NCBI GenBank assembly: GCA_021731405.1
Contig: JAKFXN010000005.1
Location: 105,892-169,891, forward strand
Direction: 5' to 3'
From: Candidatus Parcubacteria bacterium
Lineage (GTDB): Bacteria > Patescibacteriota > Minisyncoccia > Phycocordibacterales > UBA918
DNA length: 64,000 nt
The translations under genes and the position numbers were made by a program. Each line of letters begins with the position of its first letter. Positions within the stretch are counted from its first letter, which is position 1. The notes under the pieces are model-generated. The model did not search any database. It was not told where the DNA came from and saw only the letters and a program-made list of their open reading frames with translations. Below are positions 10,493 to 18,865 of this stretch, one piece after another.

Positions 10493-11527
10493 TTATACAA
10501 TATCTTCAGACATGTCTTCTTTCGTCTTTGTTGTAGCAGAGAGTTTTCTTCTTCGTCGCACAATGAAATACGTTCCCAAGAGAAGAAGGATGAAAAGCAC
10601 GCTGAGAGAACCGAGGGCAATGTATGAGTAGAGTTCGTTTCGCGATAGTGTCTGTTGTGATTCATCTGGAATATAGGTAGCAATATATTCATTACCAGCC
10701 TTATCAATAGCTTTTACGCGGATAACACTATTGAGACTTTGATCATTGAGTACATATGGGCTTTCACCTCGGAGCCAAGCGCTTCCGACACCTCCCCAAG
10801 TGAAGTTACTAAACTCTAAAACCGGCTCCTCCATTACCTCATAATGGCTGATACCTGTCTGTTTGTCAGTAGTACTAAAGACAATAAAATACTTTCCATT
10901 GAAGTAAACTCCTTCTGAGTCTTTCTCTAAAGTGATACTAAACTCCTCTGGTGCTACATCATCCGCTCGCACCGCTTCACGCCAATCATCAACGATTCCT
11001 GAACCAGCGTTTTTATCAAGCGTAAAAGTCCCTCCAAGTGCAGTCAAAGGTGCTCGAGTGCCTTGACCATCGTTTAGAAGAACTTGGGTCTCTGGAGCAA
11101 AATCAATCCTGGCGGTAGTATCGTCAGAACCTCCAATCTGCATACCAGGCGAACGGAATATAATTTCAGCAATAACATTAGTGAGGCGAGGATCCCCTTC
11201 AACTCGGCCGCAGTATCCATTTGGAATACCGCCAGCAAAAGTAATGGTCTTTTCCTCTTTGTTTATAACAGGTGGCTCTATCCAGACATTAAGAATCGAC
11301 TTTCCAATTGAAATATCTACTGGTTGGATATTATCTGTATACGTGAGTACTACATCAAGGGCGTTTATACATTCCCCAGCCTGACTGTCGGGCATAAGTC
11401 GTACCGCCGCTGTCAAAGCGTCGCCTCGATACAGCGTCCCAACGCCAGGATCAATATAGATGGTAGCTGCTTCCGAAACAGGAGCATACAACAAGAAAAG
11501 GAACGCAGCGAAACGCACAATGTGAAT
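10493..11527 (-). CDS. Cohesin-like surface protein with a C-terminal TM anchor and a short basic tail.
   Basis: Probable start at internal Met MIHIVRFAAFLFLLYAPVSEA (track start 11569). Cohesin-like ATIYIDPGVGTLYRGDALTAAVRL...ILNVWIEPP...ITFAGGIPNGYCG. C-terminal TM LGSLSVLFILLLLGTYFIV then RRRRK. Confidence 0.6.
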   Translation of the reverse strand: MHIVRFAAFLFLLYAPVSEAATIYIDPGVGTLYRGDALTAAVRLMPDSQAGECINALDVVLTYTDNIQPVDISIGKSILNVWIEPPVINKEEKTITFAGGIPNGYCGRVEGDPRLTNVIAEIIFRSPGMQIGGSDDTTARIDFAPETQVLLNDGQGTRAPLTALGGTFTLDKNAGSGIVDDWREAVRADDVAPEEFSITLEKDSEGVYFNGKYFIVFSTTDKQTGISHYEVMEEPVLEFSNFTWGGVGSAWLRGESPYVLNDQSLNSVIRVKAIDKAGNEYIATYIPDESQQTLSRNELYSYIALGSLSVLFILLLLGTYFIVRRRRKLSATTKTKEDMSEDIV

Positions 11528-11582
11528 CATGTTGTAAGTATAGCAAAACAAGCATTCTCTAATCTTCACTGTACACAGACAA

Positions 11583-11625
11583 ACAAAAAACCCGTCTCGT
11601 GGTGGGAGATAGGGTTTTTTGTTTT
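11583..11625 (-). terminator. Terminator-like hairpin with flanking A/T runs, downstream of 11651-12799.
   Basis: AAAAAACCCGTCTC-GTGGTGG-GAGATAGGGTTTTTTGTTTT. Confidence 0.6.
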
Positions 11626-11650
11626 AGCTCCAAGCTTGGAACCAATATTC

Positions 11651-12799
11651 CTAGAATACTGGCGTTGCTACGTATGTCAGCGTAGCTGTGTAATCGCTGC
11701 CCGCTTCTTGTAGCGGACCTACTTCAACGGTATATCCTACACGTGTGATACCGACTCCTTGCGTTGTCGAATCAGCTGGTCCATCGTGTCGGAAGATTTC
11801 TACTGGTGTAGTAGAAGCAGATACATACATTCGTCCGCCGCCCCCTACATCAAAGTAGTTATCGAGGTCAGGATAAATGGTATCGTCGTTTGTTGTGATT
11901 CCCCAGTGTCCATAGGTATCTTCGTCACCTAGGGCAGATGTTGGACTCTCATAAAACAACGGTGTGTCTGTATATGCTCCATTACTATAACCATCGATAT
12001 CAGCACCTGTGGCTGATGTGAGTTGTTGGTCAGCATGTACTGTAACGACAAAGCCGTTAGCTGCGTTGGTACTTACTTCTAAGTCCTGCGCAGCGGTGAC
12101 TGCTGTATCAGCTTCTAGAACTCCAAAAGGAATTTCAGTAGAAGTTGTTGTACCGCTCGTTGTGTCTCCGTTGATTGCAGCTCCCGCATTTACACCTGTA
12201 ACAGTGAAATCGAAAATTGTTTCAACAGAGGCAGTAACTGTAACAACGTCAACAATTGCTACTCGCGTCGCACCAGTATCACTACTTCCAACAGTAAGCG
12301 TAATTTCGTACGAGTTTACAGCAGGGTTAGTGATTTGGTTTGAACCAGCTCCACCAGTAGTGGCGTTGGTACCAATTTCAATGGTGACAGTAGCATTTGC
12401 TCCGATAGTACTTGTGCCACTTTCAATGTCAATGACATCTCCAGCGGCAGTAACGTTCCAGTCCGCCCCACTGGCAACACCGTCGATAAGACTTTGCTCA
12501 ACGCCGTTGACGTTTAGGTCAACATCGGCAGCAACGATGGTTCCAACATCTGTAAAGACGCCAGTACCGAAGTTGATTGAGATTGTCTCACCAGCAGCGA
12601 GGCCAGTTGGTGTAACGAAGGATAGTGTGTGGTTGGATACTACCCCAGGTGCAGAATCTGAGAGTGTGTTACTAAATGAGATGACATTTGCAGCTTCCGC
12701 TCGGAATAAAGGTACACCTACGAACCATAAAATGATTGCGAGGGTAACAACTGCGGTGATTGCTTGGAGCAACGTGAACGTTGTATTCGTTCTAATCAT
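11651..12799 (-). CDS. Secreted Thr/Gly-rich beta-sandwich surface protein with a possible distant WxL-like C-terminus. Paralog of 53041-54132.
   Basis: Signal anchor then AEA|ANVISFSNTLSDSAPGVVSNHTLSF. The C-terminal region contains YGHWGITTND and ends TLTYVATPVF, alongside WGHWGLTSDD...TLMYIATPTF in the paralog. Confidence 0.55.
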   Translation of the reverse strand: MIRTNTTFTLLQAITAVVTLAIILWFVGVPLFRAEAANVISFSNTLSDSAPGVVSNHTLSFVTPTGLAAGETISINFGTGVFTDVGTIVAADVDLNVNGVEQSLIDGVASGADWNVTAAGDVIDIESGTSTIGANATVTIEIGTNATTGGAGSNQITNPAVNSYEITLTVGSSDTGATRVAIVDVVTVTASVETIFDFTVTGVNAGAAINGDTTSGTTTSTEIPFGVLEADTAVTAAQDLEVSTNAANGFVVTVHADQQLTSATGADIDGYSNGAYTDTPLFYESPTSALGDEDTYGHWGITTNDDTIYPDLDNYFDVGGGGRMYVSASTTPVEIFRHDGPADSTTQGVGITRVGYTVEVGPLQEAGSDYTATLTYVATPVF

Positions 12800-13091
12800 G
12801 TTGCTCTACGTTGTATTAGTTTTTCAGCTTAGATTGACGTCGCGACCGAAAAAACTAAATGAGCAGATACTCATGCGGGCGTCGGGTCTCCACTCCTTTC
12901 GCCTATATGTGCGCTGCAAAACATACCTACTTTGAAACACTCGGCTGAAGTGTCCAGATACAGCTACGCTGCACCTGCAGTAAGACTAATTTCTTACCTC
13001 CTAAGTAAGTACTCTTTCATTGTAACGTGTTGAATTTTTTTATAGGCTGCGTTATACACAAACGAACAGAGGAACGTAGTGACTATTGTGA

Positions 13092-13150
13092 GTTTGTGCA
13101 GCCGCTTAGCTGAGCTGCGACCCCGAAGGGAGCAGTCAGCTGCAGCGGTC
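13092..13150. ncRNA. Repeated intergenic element X, copy 1: hairpin with a GACC-CCGAAGG-G core, then CTGCAGCGGTCTGCCAAAT.
   Basis: CCGCTTAGCTGAGCTGCGACCCCGAAGGGAGCAGTCAGCTGCAGCGGTCTGCCAAATAT. A related sequence occurs at 13194-13258 and 44938-44988. Confidence 0.45.
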
Positions 13151-13193
13151 TGCCAAATATTTGCGTTTAAATATTTAAAGGGTAGTGAGATAC

Positions 13194-13258
13194 TGCAGCC
13201 ACTTAATTGAATTCGACCTTCGGGAGAGAATTCAATTGCAGTGGTCTGTCAAACGGTC
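13194..13258. ncRNA. Repeated intergenic element X, copy 2, with a perfect 10-bp stem around a UUCG-type loop.
   Basis: AATTGAATTC-GACCTTCGGGAGA-GAATTCAATT-GCAGTGGTCTGTCAAA-CGGTCTGACAAATAAT. A partial third repeat GCAGTCTGCCAAAG lies at 13280-13296. Confidence 0.45.
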
Positions 13259-13366
13259 TGACAAATAATAGATAAAGCCGGACAAATATAGCAGTCTGCC
13301 AAAGAAATAATAAAACCTCACCACATGCTGGCAAGGTTTTATAACCCTTAGTAAAATCAATATTAA

Positions 13367-14497
13367 TTATCCGCTCCAATTAAACAGCAAAATAGAAAAG
13401 TCCTCAATACTCACCCTCCCGTTACCATTTATATCCGCAGGAGGATTAGAGTTTCCTCCGTCTGTCTGCCACCAGAAAATCAAAATAGAAAAGTCGATTA
13501 GGTTTACTCGTCCGTCACGATTGAGATCTGAAGGAGTAGTTACCTGTCCATCAACGCCAACAAAAAGTTGTAGGGTGGAACTAAAACTACTTTGTGTAGT
13601 CAATTGTCCGGTCCCCGTAACCGAACGAGCCCGAAGGGTATGCGGAGCAACTGAGAGTGAGGCGGTGTTTAAAGTAAGACTCCAATTTCCCTCCGCGTTT
13701 GCCGTGGTGCGTTCTATAGTTGAGCCTGTATCTATATGTACTTCTATTCCTGCGCTAGGAATAGATTGTCCACTTACAGTCACTATGTCTCCCGGGTTTA
13801 CGTTTTGGTTTGGAACACGAATAGTCGGCGGCAAAATAACACCAGCAATATTTGTAACCGCACCCTGCGTCACATCAAAGGTAGTGTTGAGAGTAATTGA
13901 GCGAGTCCCTGCAACGTCTGTGGCCCAAAAGCCAAGTGAGGCGGTGCCTGGTGAAGCGTCGGTAGTAAAATCAAATCTTCCTGCCCCATTGGCGCGTACA
14001 CTACCGACTGTTTCTGAGTCAAGAATTATATTGATAGTACGGCCAGGGTAGGCGAGGCCCGTGACACTTATGATAGTATCTCCCAGTTCAGTGGTACTTC
14101 CTCCGCTACCACCACTTCCTCCTCCCGAGCTTCCTCCTCCTCCCGAACCAGCTGGTTCAACCTGACAAATTGCTGAACAAAAGTCTCCATTGTCATTATT
14201 ACCATCATCACATTCTTCAGAGAATTGTGTCTGTAAAATTCCGTCCCCGCAATACGGACCAAAATTACAAATAGTGCTGCACTGTCGTCCAACTATAGTT
14301 GTACTATACACACCAGTCTCACCTGGAGCATCACACTGCTCACCATCGTCTACAAGTGCATTACCGCAGATACTTAAACTAAGGGTGGTTGATGCTGTAC
14401 CTGCAAAAAAAGTTTGTGCGAAAGCGACCTCCCCTTGGAGTAGTAGGAGTACAAGGCAAGAAAGTAAATAGAAAGTAAATCTCATAAGTCTATCCAA
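13367..14497 (-). CDS. Secreted dockerin-bearing protein: N-terminal Cys-rich repeats of the Myxococcus-type CGDG...CDDGN...C pattern, a Gly-rich linker, two Ig-like domains and a C-terminal type-I dockerin.
   Basis: YCGDGILQTQFSEECDDGNNDNGDFCSAIC repeat. C-terminus DLNRDGRVNLIDFSILIFWW...DINGNGRVSIEDFSILLFNWSG (two dockerin segments). The C-terminal half is paralogous to that of 45148-47058. It overlaps the upstream gene by 8 nt. Confidence 0.7.
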   Translation of the reverse strand: MDRLMRFTFYLLSCLVLLLLQGEVAFAQTFFAGTASTTLSLSICGNALVDDGEQCDAPGETGVYSTTIVGRQCSTICNFGPYCGDGILQTQFSEECDDGNNDNGDFCSAICQVEPAGSGGGGSSGGGSGGSGGSTTELGDTIISVTGLAYPGRTINIILDSETVGSVRANGAGRFDFTTDASPGTASLGFWATDVAGTRSITLNTTFDVTQGAVTNIAGVILPPTIRVPNQNVNPGDIVTVSGQSIPSAGIEVHIDTGSTIERTTANAEGNWSLTLNTASLSVAPHTLRARSVTGTGQLTTQSSFSSTLQLFVGVDGQVTTPSDLNRDGRVNLIDFSILIFWWQTDGGNSNPPADINGNGRVSIEDFSILLFNWSG

Positions 14498-15455
14498 CCT
14501 GTCGGCGAGAAAGACGTCTGTTGTAAATGAAATACAGAACGAGGATCAAAAGTGCAAAGATTGGCAGCAAGATTGAGATCTTATGCGGGACCGAGAGTCC
14601 ACTAAAGCCAAAGCCTGCTTGTTGTAGTGTGCCGTACGGAAGAATACTGAGACTAACTTCCCCTTCTTGCTTAACTTCATCGCCATTATAAATACTGTAC
14701 CGCGCAATATAGTTTCCGGCTGGAAGACGAGTTGGAATCTCAGCCAGTACTTCTTCAGTTGCGTAAGGAGCAATCTCAGTTATACGTCCCTTATGATCTG
14801 TTTCTTCAAGGAGAACATTTCCAGCGAAGTCAAAGATTCTAAATGCAACACGTGAAGGTGAAATATCTACGTTACCAGTGTTTTCGATTAACATAGTGAA
14901 ATTAATCTTTCCAGGGAAATACAACCAACCAAGTTTCTTTCCTTCATTCAAATCAGAAAGTCCAATTTTACGTACTCGAAAATCTTTTATTTCTCTATCA
15001 ATAACAGTGAGACCTATATCAACCTGCGCACCAAGTGAAATACTCACCGCACCAGCAGCTACTTGATCATCATCAGGTACAGTCTTGATTCTAATGACAC
15101 CTTTATAGTCTTTGAATTCAGCGTCATCAGGAACCGTTACTCGGACAGTCATTGGTACTTTCTGTACGCCTCGTGGCAATGGCACAGACTCTCCTTCTAC
15201 AATCTGGATCCAGTCCATGATTTCGGGAGCGTCCACGCTAATTTGGGCCTTCTGGGGCACATCAGGATTACCGCGCACCAACAAAATCTGTTGTTCGTAA
15301 GTGGAGTTTCGAGTCAGGCTCGTATTGCGTACATATGGTGGCGTAATACCAAAACCCGCTCGCACTATCTCAGTTGAGAGCACAAAAAAAAGCAGGCAGA
15401 TGGAAATAACCTTCTTCATATAAACAATATCGAGTACATCTCTTGCACTCTCCAA
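14490..15455 (-). CDS. DUF916-like cell-surface protein with an N-terminal signal, Ig-like ectodomain and a C-terminal TM plus basic tail (ends ...LVLYFIYNRRLSRRQVG).
   Basis: N-terminal GFGITPPYVRN...ILLVRGNPDVPQKAQISVD resembles the start of DUF916 proteins from lactobacillus/enterococcus WxL loci, recalled from memory. The C-terminus has LPYGTL then a hydrophobic stretch and an RR tail. Paralog of 51829-52974. Confidence 0.5.
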   Translation of the reverse strand: MESARDVLDIVYMKKVISICLLFFVLSTEIVRAGFGITPPYVRNTSLTRNSTYEQQILLVRGNPDVPQKAQISVDAPEIMDWIQIVEGESVPLPRGVQKVPMTVRVTVPDDAEFKDYKGVIRIKTVPDDDQVAAGAVSISLGAQVDIGLTVIDREIKDFRVRKIGLSDLNEGKKLGWLYFPGKINFTMLIENTGNVDISPSRVAFRIFDFAGNVLLEETDHKGRITEIAPYATEEVLAEIPTRLPAGNYIARYSIYNGDEVKQEGEVSLSILPYGTLQQAGFGFSGLSVPHKISILLPIFALLILVLYFIYNRRLSRRQVG

Positions 15456-15464
15456 TTATCGAAA

Positions 15465-15515
15465 ATAAATCAATAAAAAGCAACAGCCACTGTATGGATA
15501 ACAATGGCTGTTGCG
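15465..15515 (-). terminator. Hairpin plus U-run downstream of 15543-17405.
   Basis: CAACAGCCA...TGGCTGTTG 9-bp stem. On the minus strand it is followed by CTTTTTATTGATTTATTTT. Confidence 0.55.
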
Positions 15516-15542
15516 TCGATATTCTGTGTTGTGGTATGTAGT

Positions 15543-17405
15543 CTACCAGTCTGTACTACTTGAGGTCACGGCGTAGAAGGTGTTTAGCCCTGTGTAGGCA
15601 CCAGCTACAGTAATCGCGATCGGTACTTCAATTCCCCAGTACGTTACACCTGAGTTAGGTGATGAGGTGGCTGTGGTCTTTGGTACTTTGAGCTCGAGGA
15701 GCTGTTGTGTTGTAGAAGAAAGATTGTATCCACTTCCGTACGCAACAGAACTTGTTCCGAACTCTTGTTGGTAATCTGGAATAGTTGAAGAAGCACTGTT
15801 TGCACATGGACTTCCCACCGCAAATCCTGGACACATCGCCTCACCTTCAAGTTCTTGGTTGAGCCCGGTGTTACCTACCGAGAGAACAGTTGTCGTTGCG
15901 TCGAGCGTTCCGGTGTTGTCTCCTGGTTCGAGTGATCCATATGGAATTTCTCCTGTAATCAAGTCAATGGCTGGGAAACTAAGGAGAGTCACTGGACTTG
16001 AGCCAACTGTTCTTGTTCCAGTAGCGTTGTTGTCATCGATACCAGCAATTGCTGCTACCCAATCATCGGCAGCAAATGGAGAGATAACGTCTGTTGGTTC
16101 AGCAACGAACCAGAGTGGGAATGTGCAAGACCAAAGTTGAGTTGGGTCTGATGGTCCACCACAACTAGTGGTAGATGCTGTACATGAGAGGTTCCAGACG
16201 TTGCTTGGGGCTCCACTTGGATAACAGTTGTTTGGATTGTATGAGCCGGCAAGACCAGAACAAGTTGATGTTCCAATACTACTTCGGTAAAGAGAGACTA
16301 CATATCCGACCATCTCGTCACCTCCAAGAGCATTTTCGCAACTGTTGGCATCGGAAGTTTCAAAGGCGAGTGGGAAGTTTAGAGTTTCTCCCGCTTCTAC
16401 CGTGAGTGAGATGTTTAATCCTCCGTTGACTGAGATACTTCCCGCAGCCACTGTTGGCGCTACGTTGCTTACCACAAAGCCATCATTTTCACCTTGAGAT
16501 CCACCTACTGCTGTGTGTCCATGGTTGTCTACAATGAAGCCGTAAGCATCAAAAGTATCATCTTGGATAACGCTTGGAAGAGTGAATGCCGCTGTAGCGT
16601 TTGCAGTTACTGGAACAGTAGTGGTAGCGATAGTTCCGCCGATACCACAACTTGCTGTTGTTGTACTGTAGTCGTTTGCATTACAGACATGCAGTGTAAG
16701 CACGTCTTCTCCACCAACAACGTCAGGGTCAGTTGAAGTTGAGAAGAAGGTTACAACGGCTCCAGGGTTAGCTGGTGAGTTGTTGTAGAAAGATGTAAAG
16801 CTTGGTCTGAAGTTTACATGGAAAGGAGAAGAGTTAGTTGCATTAGTACCTTGAGAACTTACGTCATTACAACGTGGGTTCACAGGATCGTCGTCACATA
16901 CCCAACCATACCAGTTGTTGCTTTCAGCAAACGGTGCGACTTCTGATGTTGTGGTTGCGACCCGGGCTTGCGCAAGAGCAGCTGTGGCGGTAGAGACTCC
17001 CCACTGCACTCCACCCACACACTCTGGCGGCTCAGTACCGAGCGTACCGAGACTGGCTGCAGCGTTTGGCGTCGGTGTAGCACTGCCACTACAGATAATC
17101 AAGAAATACGGCGCATTTCCAGAGTTGTCAGCCCGAGCTGTCCACGAGACTTGTCTTCCTGAGTTAGTCGGTGTGCTGGTTGAAGATTCAAACTCTTCTA
17201 CAGCAAAATCAATCCAAATCGGAGGAGTGTTGAGTACGGTCAGTGTCGTAGTTGCGGTCTGTGCTTCTACTTTTAGGAGCTCTGTTTTTCCTGCGTTAAA
17301 GAGGAACACGAAGGCAAAAATGAGCACTCCAGAAACAGCAGCCGCAATGGTGATTTTGCCTGCAGTTTCTAGGTAATTAAATTTCTCTACTTTGTTGTAC
17401 AACAT
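15543..17405 (-). CDS. Secreted 620-aa protein with an N-terminal signal anchor. It is a paralog of the C-terminal ~500 aa of the giant protein, including the shared YWGI(E/A)VP C-terminal domain.
   Basis: C-terminus SGVTYWGIEVPIAITVAGAYTGLNTFYAVTSSSTDW against the giant protein's TDVYWGIAVPFTASNAAHTGTNIFTAIGID. The upstream 100 aa also align (IPYGSLEPGDNTGTLDATTTVLSVGNTGLNQELEG against INYGALSGDSDTGSFNPTTTITNLGNTPINVDVEG). Confidence 0.65.
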   Translation of the reverse strand: MLYNKVEKFNYLETAGKITIAAAVSGVLIFAFVFLFNAGKTELLKVEAQTATTTLTVLNTPPIWIDFAVEEFESSTSTPTNSGRQVSWTARADNSGNAPYFLIICSGSATPTPNAAASLGTLGTEPPECVGGVQWGVSTATAALAQARVATTTSEVAPFAESNNWYGWVCDDDPVNPRCNDVSSQGTNATNSSPFHVNFRPSFTSFYNNSPANPGAVVTFFSTSTDPDVVGGEDVLTLHVCNANDYSTTTASCGIGGTIATTTVPVTANATAAFTLPSVIQDDTFDAYGFIVDNHGHTAVGGSQGENDGFVVSNVAPTVAAGSISVNGGLNISLTVEAGETLNFPLAFETSDANSCENALGGDEMVGYVVSLYRSSIGTSTCSGLAGSYNPNNCYPSGAPSNVWNLSCTASTTSCGGPSDPTQLWSCTFPLWFVAEPTDVISPFAADDWVAAIAGIDDNNATGTRTVGSSPVTLLSFPAIDLITGEIPYGSLEPGDNTGTLDATTTVLSVGNTGLNQELEGEAMCPGFAVGSPCANSASSTIPDYQQEFGTSSVAYGSGYNLSSTTQQLLELKVPKTTATSSPNSGVTYWGIEVPIAITVAGAYTGLNTFYAVTSSSTDW

Positions 17406-17510
17406 ACTAATGAACTATTTATAAATACTTTACTTCATATACTATTGTAACCAATGTAAAGCAACACTTCTCTTTAGTTATACACATTTTATCTACAGGT
17501 TATGTACCTG

Positions 17511-18719
17511 TTATTCATATCTAATCGCATCAAGTGGATTGAGGGTTGAAGCACGTCTGGCTGGGAAAACTCCTGTTAAGTACCCCACTCCAGCTGAGAA
17601 AAGAGCAATGAAGACCAAAAATACAATTGGGAAAGAGAAAAGTGAGACAGATTGTCCACCAAATTGACCCGCCACGATATTCAAAAATAGATTGACAGTA
17701 AGACCTAAGGCAACGCCCATCACAATTCCACTCACCCCACCCATAAAGCCCACCACAATAGACTCAGAAATAAAGAGGTTTTTTACGTCTTTTGGTGAAG
17801 CGCCAATTGTACGCATAATTCCAATTTCTTTTGTTCGTTCAAGGAGTGTAACTGTCATGGTATTAAACATACCAATAGCAGATACAATAAGTGCAATTCC
17901 GCCAAAGGTAGCCAGTACCGCTTGTACGCCTTGGAAAATCTTTGACGCCTGCTCCACAGTCTTTGAAAGTGCGGTTACTCGATAGCCAGCTTCAATAAGG
18001 CGAGCTTCAACAATCGGTAGATTTTCGTTTGAGTTCACACGAACTTGAATACGCTCATATTCTTCAATACCCACGTGATTGCGAAGCTCTGGAAGCATCA
18101 TCATGGCATTAAGAACACCTTCTTCTTTTGTAATACCACGTACGGTGTACTCTTTATCAATTGGAACCTCAACCACTGCGTCAGTCCCATCCTCAGCTGG
18201 TACAAGCAGTCTGAAAGATACTTTTTCGCCAACAAAAGACTCCGCTTCATCAATTCCGAAAAGCTTCAAAACAGCAGGGGAAAGCATTATGCTGTTTGTA
18301 TCACCAGCATCTTCATCAGTAAAAACAGTTCCTTCGGTTGCTGTTACTCCTGCATACCGTAGGTATGGAGGCTCAACACCTTGAATAAAGACGTTTCCGG
18401 TTAAACCTTTATAGGTAACGAGCGCAGGAAAGCGAGCCAATGGTGCAGCATCAAGAACCTCTTCATACTTTTTAAAAGTATCAACTGTTTCAACTGTGAG
18501 TTTGAGGTTTTGTGCACCTGTGGCAGAAACACCAAGTGAGAGAAGTGTCTCTCCAAACACAATCTGCTCAAGAATGATTTTTTGTAGACCAAAGCCGAGT
18601 CCAACCAGCACCACCACCGCTCCAGTTCCCACACCCATACCTAAAATCGTAAGCCACGTACGAAGTGGGTTAGTTTTAAACATTCGAGTTGAGAGTTGGG
18701 CTAGATCTTGAATTCGCAT
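17511..18719 (-). CDS. ABC transporter permease, FtsX/MacB-like, with an N-terminal TM, a large extracytoplasmic domain and a C-terminal 3-TM FtsX domain.
   Basis: 402 aa. N-terminal TM LRTWLTILGMGVGTGAVVVLVGLG, ~230-aa ectodomain, then C-terminal FtsX-like helices (ATFGGIALIVSAIGMFNTMTVTLLERTKEIGIMRTIGAS...). Immediately downstream of the ABC ATPase. Confidence 0.8.
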   Translation of the reverse strand: MRIQDLAQLSTRMFKTNPLRTWLTILGMGVGTGAVVVLVGLGFGLQKIILEQIVFGETLLSLGVSATGAQNLKLTVETVDTFKKYEEVLDAAPLARFPALVTYKGLTGNVFIQGVEPPYLRYAGVTATEGTVFTDEDAGDTNSIMLSPAVLKLFGIDEAESFVGEKVSFRLLVPAEDGTDAVVEVPIDKEYTVRGITKEEGVLNAMMMLPELRNHVGIEEYERIQVRVNSNENLPIVEARLIEAGYRVTALSKTVEQASKIFQGVQAVLATFGGIALIVSAIGMFNTMTVTLLERTKEIGIMRTIGASPKDVKNLFISESIVVGFMGGVSGIVMGVALGLTVNLFLNIVAGQFGGQSVSLFSFPIVFLVFIALFSAGVGYLTGVFPARRASTLNPLDAIRYE

Positions 18720-18797
18720 TAAATGAAATAATGAGCGTAGCGATTATATTGAATTTAGTTCCTAATTTTCTCCATTACTAGAGAAAATTACTGGAAC
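18719..18797. ncRNA. Conserved structured intergenic element, copy A (hairpin-motif family), lying between the ABC ATPase stop and the FtsX start codon.
   Basis: TTAAATGAAATAATGAGCGTAGCGATTATATTGAATTTAGTTCC-TAATTTTCTC-cattacta-GAGAAAATTA-CTGGAAC. The outer stem GTTCC/GGAAC and the 10-bp inner stem are shared with copy B, and the inner stem shows compensatory changes between copies. Confidence 0.5.
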
Positions 18798-18865
18798 GAC
18801 CCAACGCCCCTATTAAATGTAATTGTAACACTTCAAACTCTCAAAGAAACAAGTTTCCCCCGTAA

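Noticed and set aside
12009-12935. 308-aa plus-strand ORF
   Set aside because: It lies entirely antisense to the minus-strand gene 11651-12799. The minus gene has a signal peptide and paralogs, while the plus ORF is Val/Thr/Ala-rich low-complexity typical of a shadow frame.
13521-14051. 176-aa plus-strand ORF
   Set aside because: Antisense to the dockerin/Cys-repeat protein gene 13367-14497.
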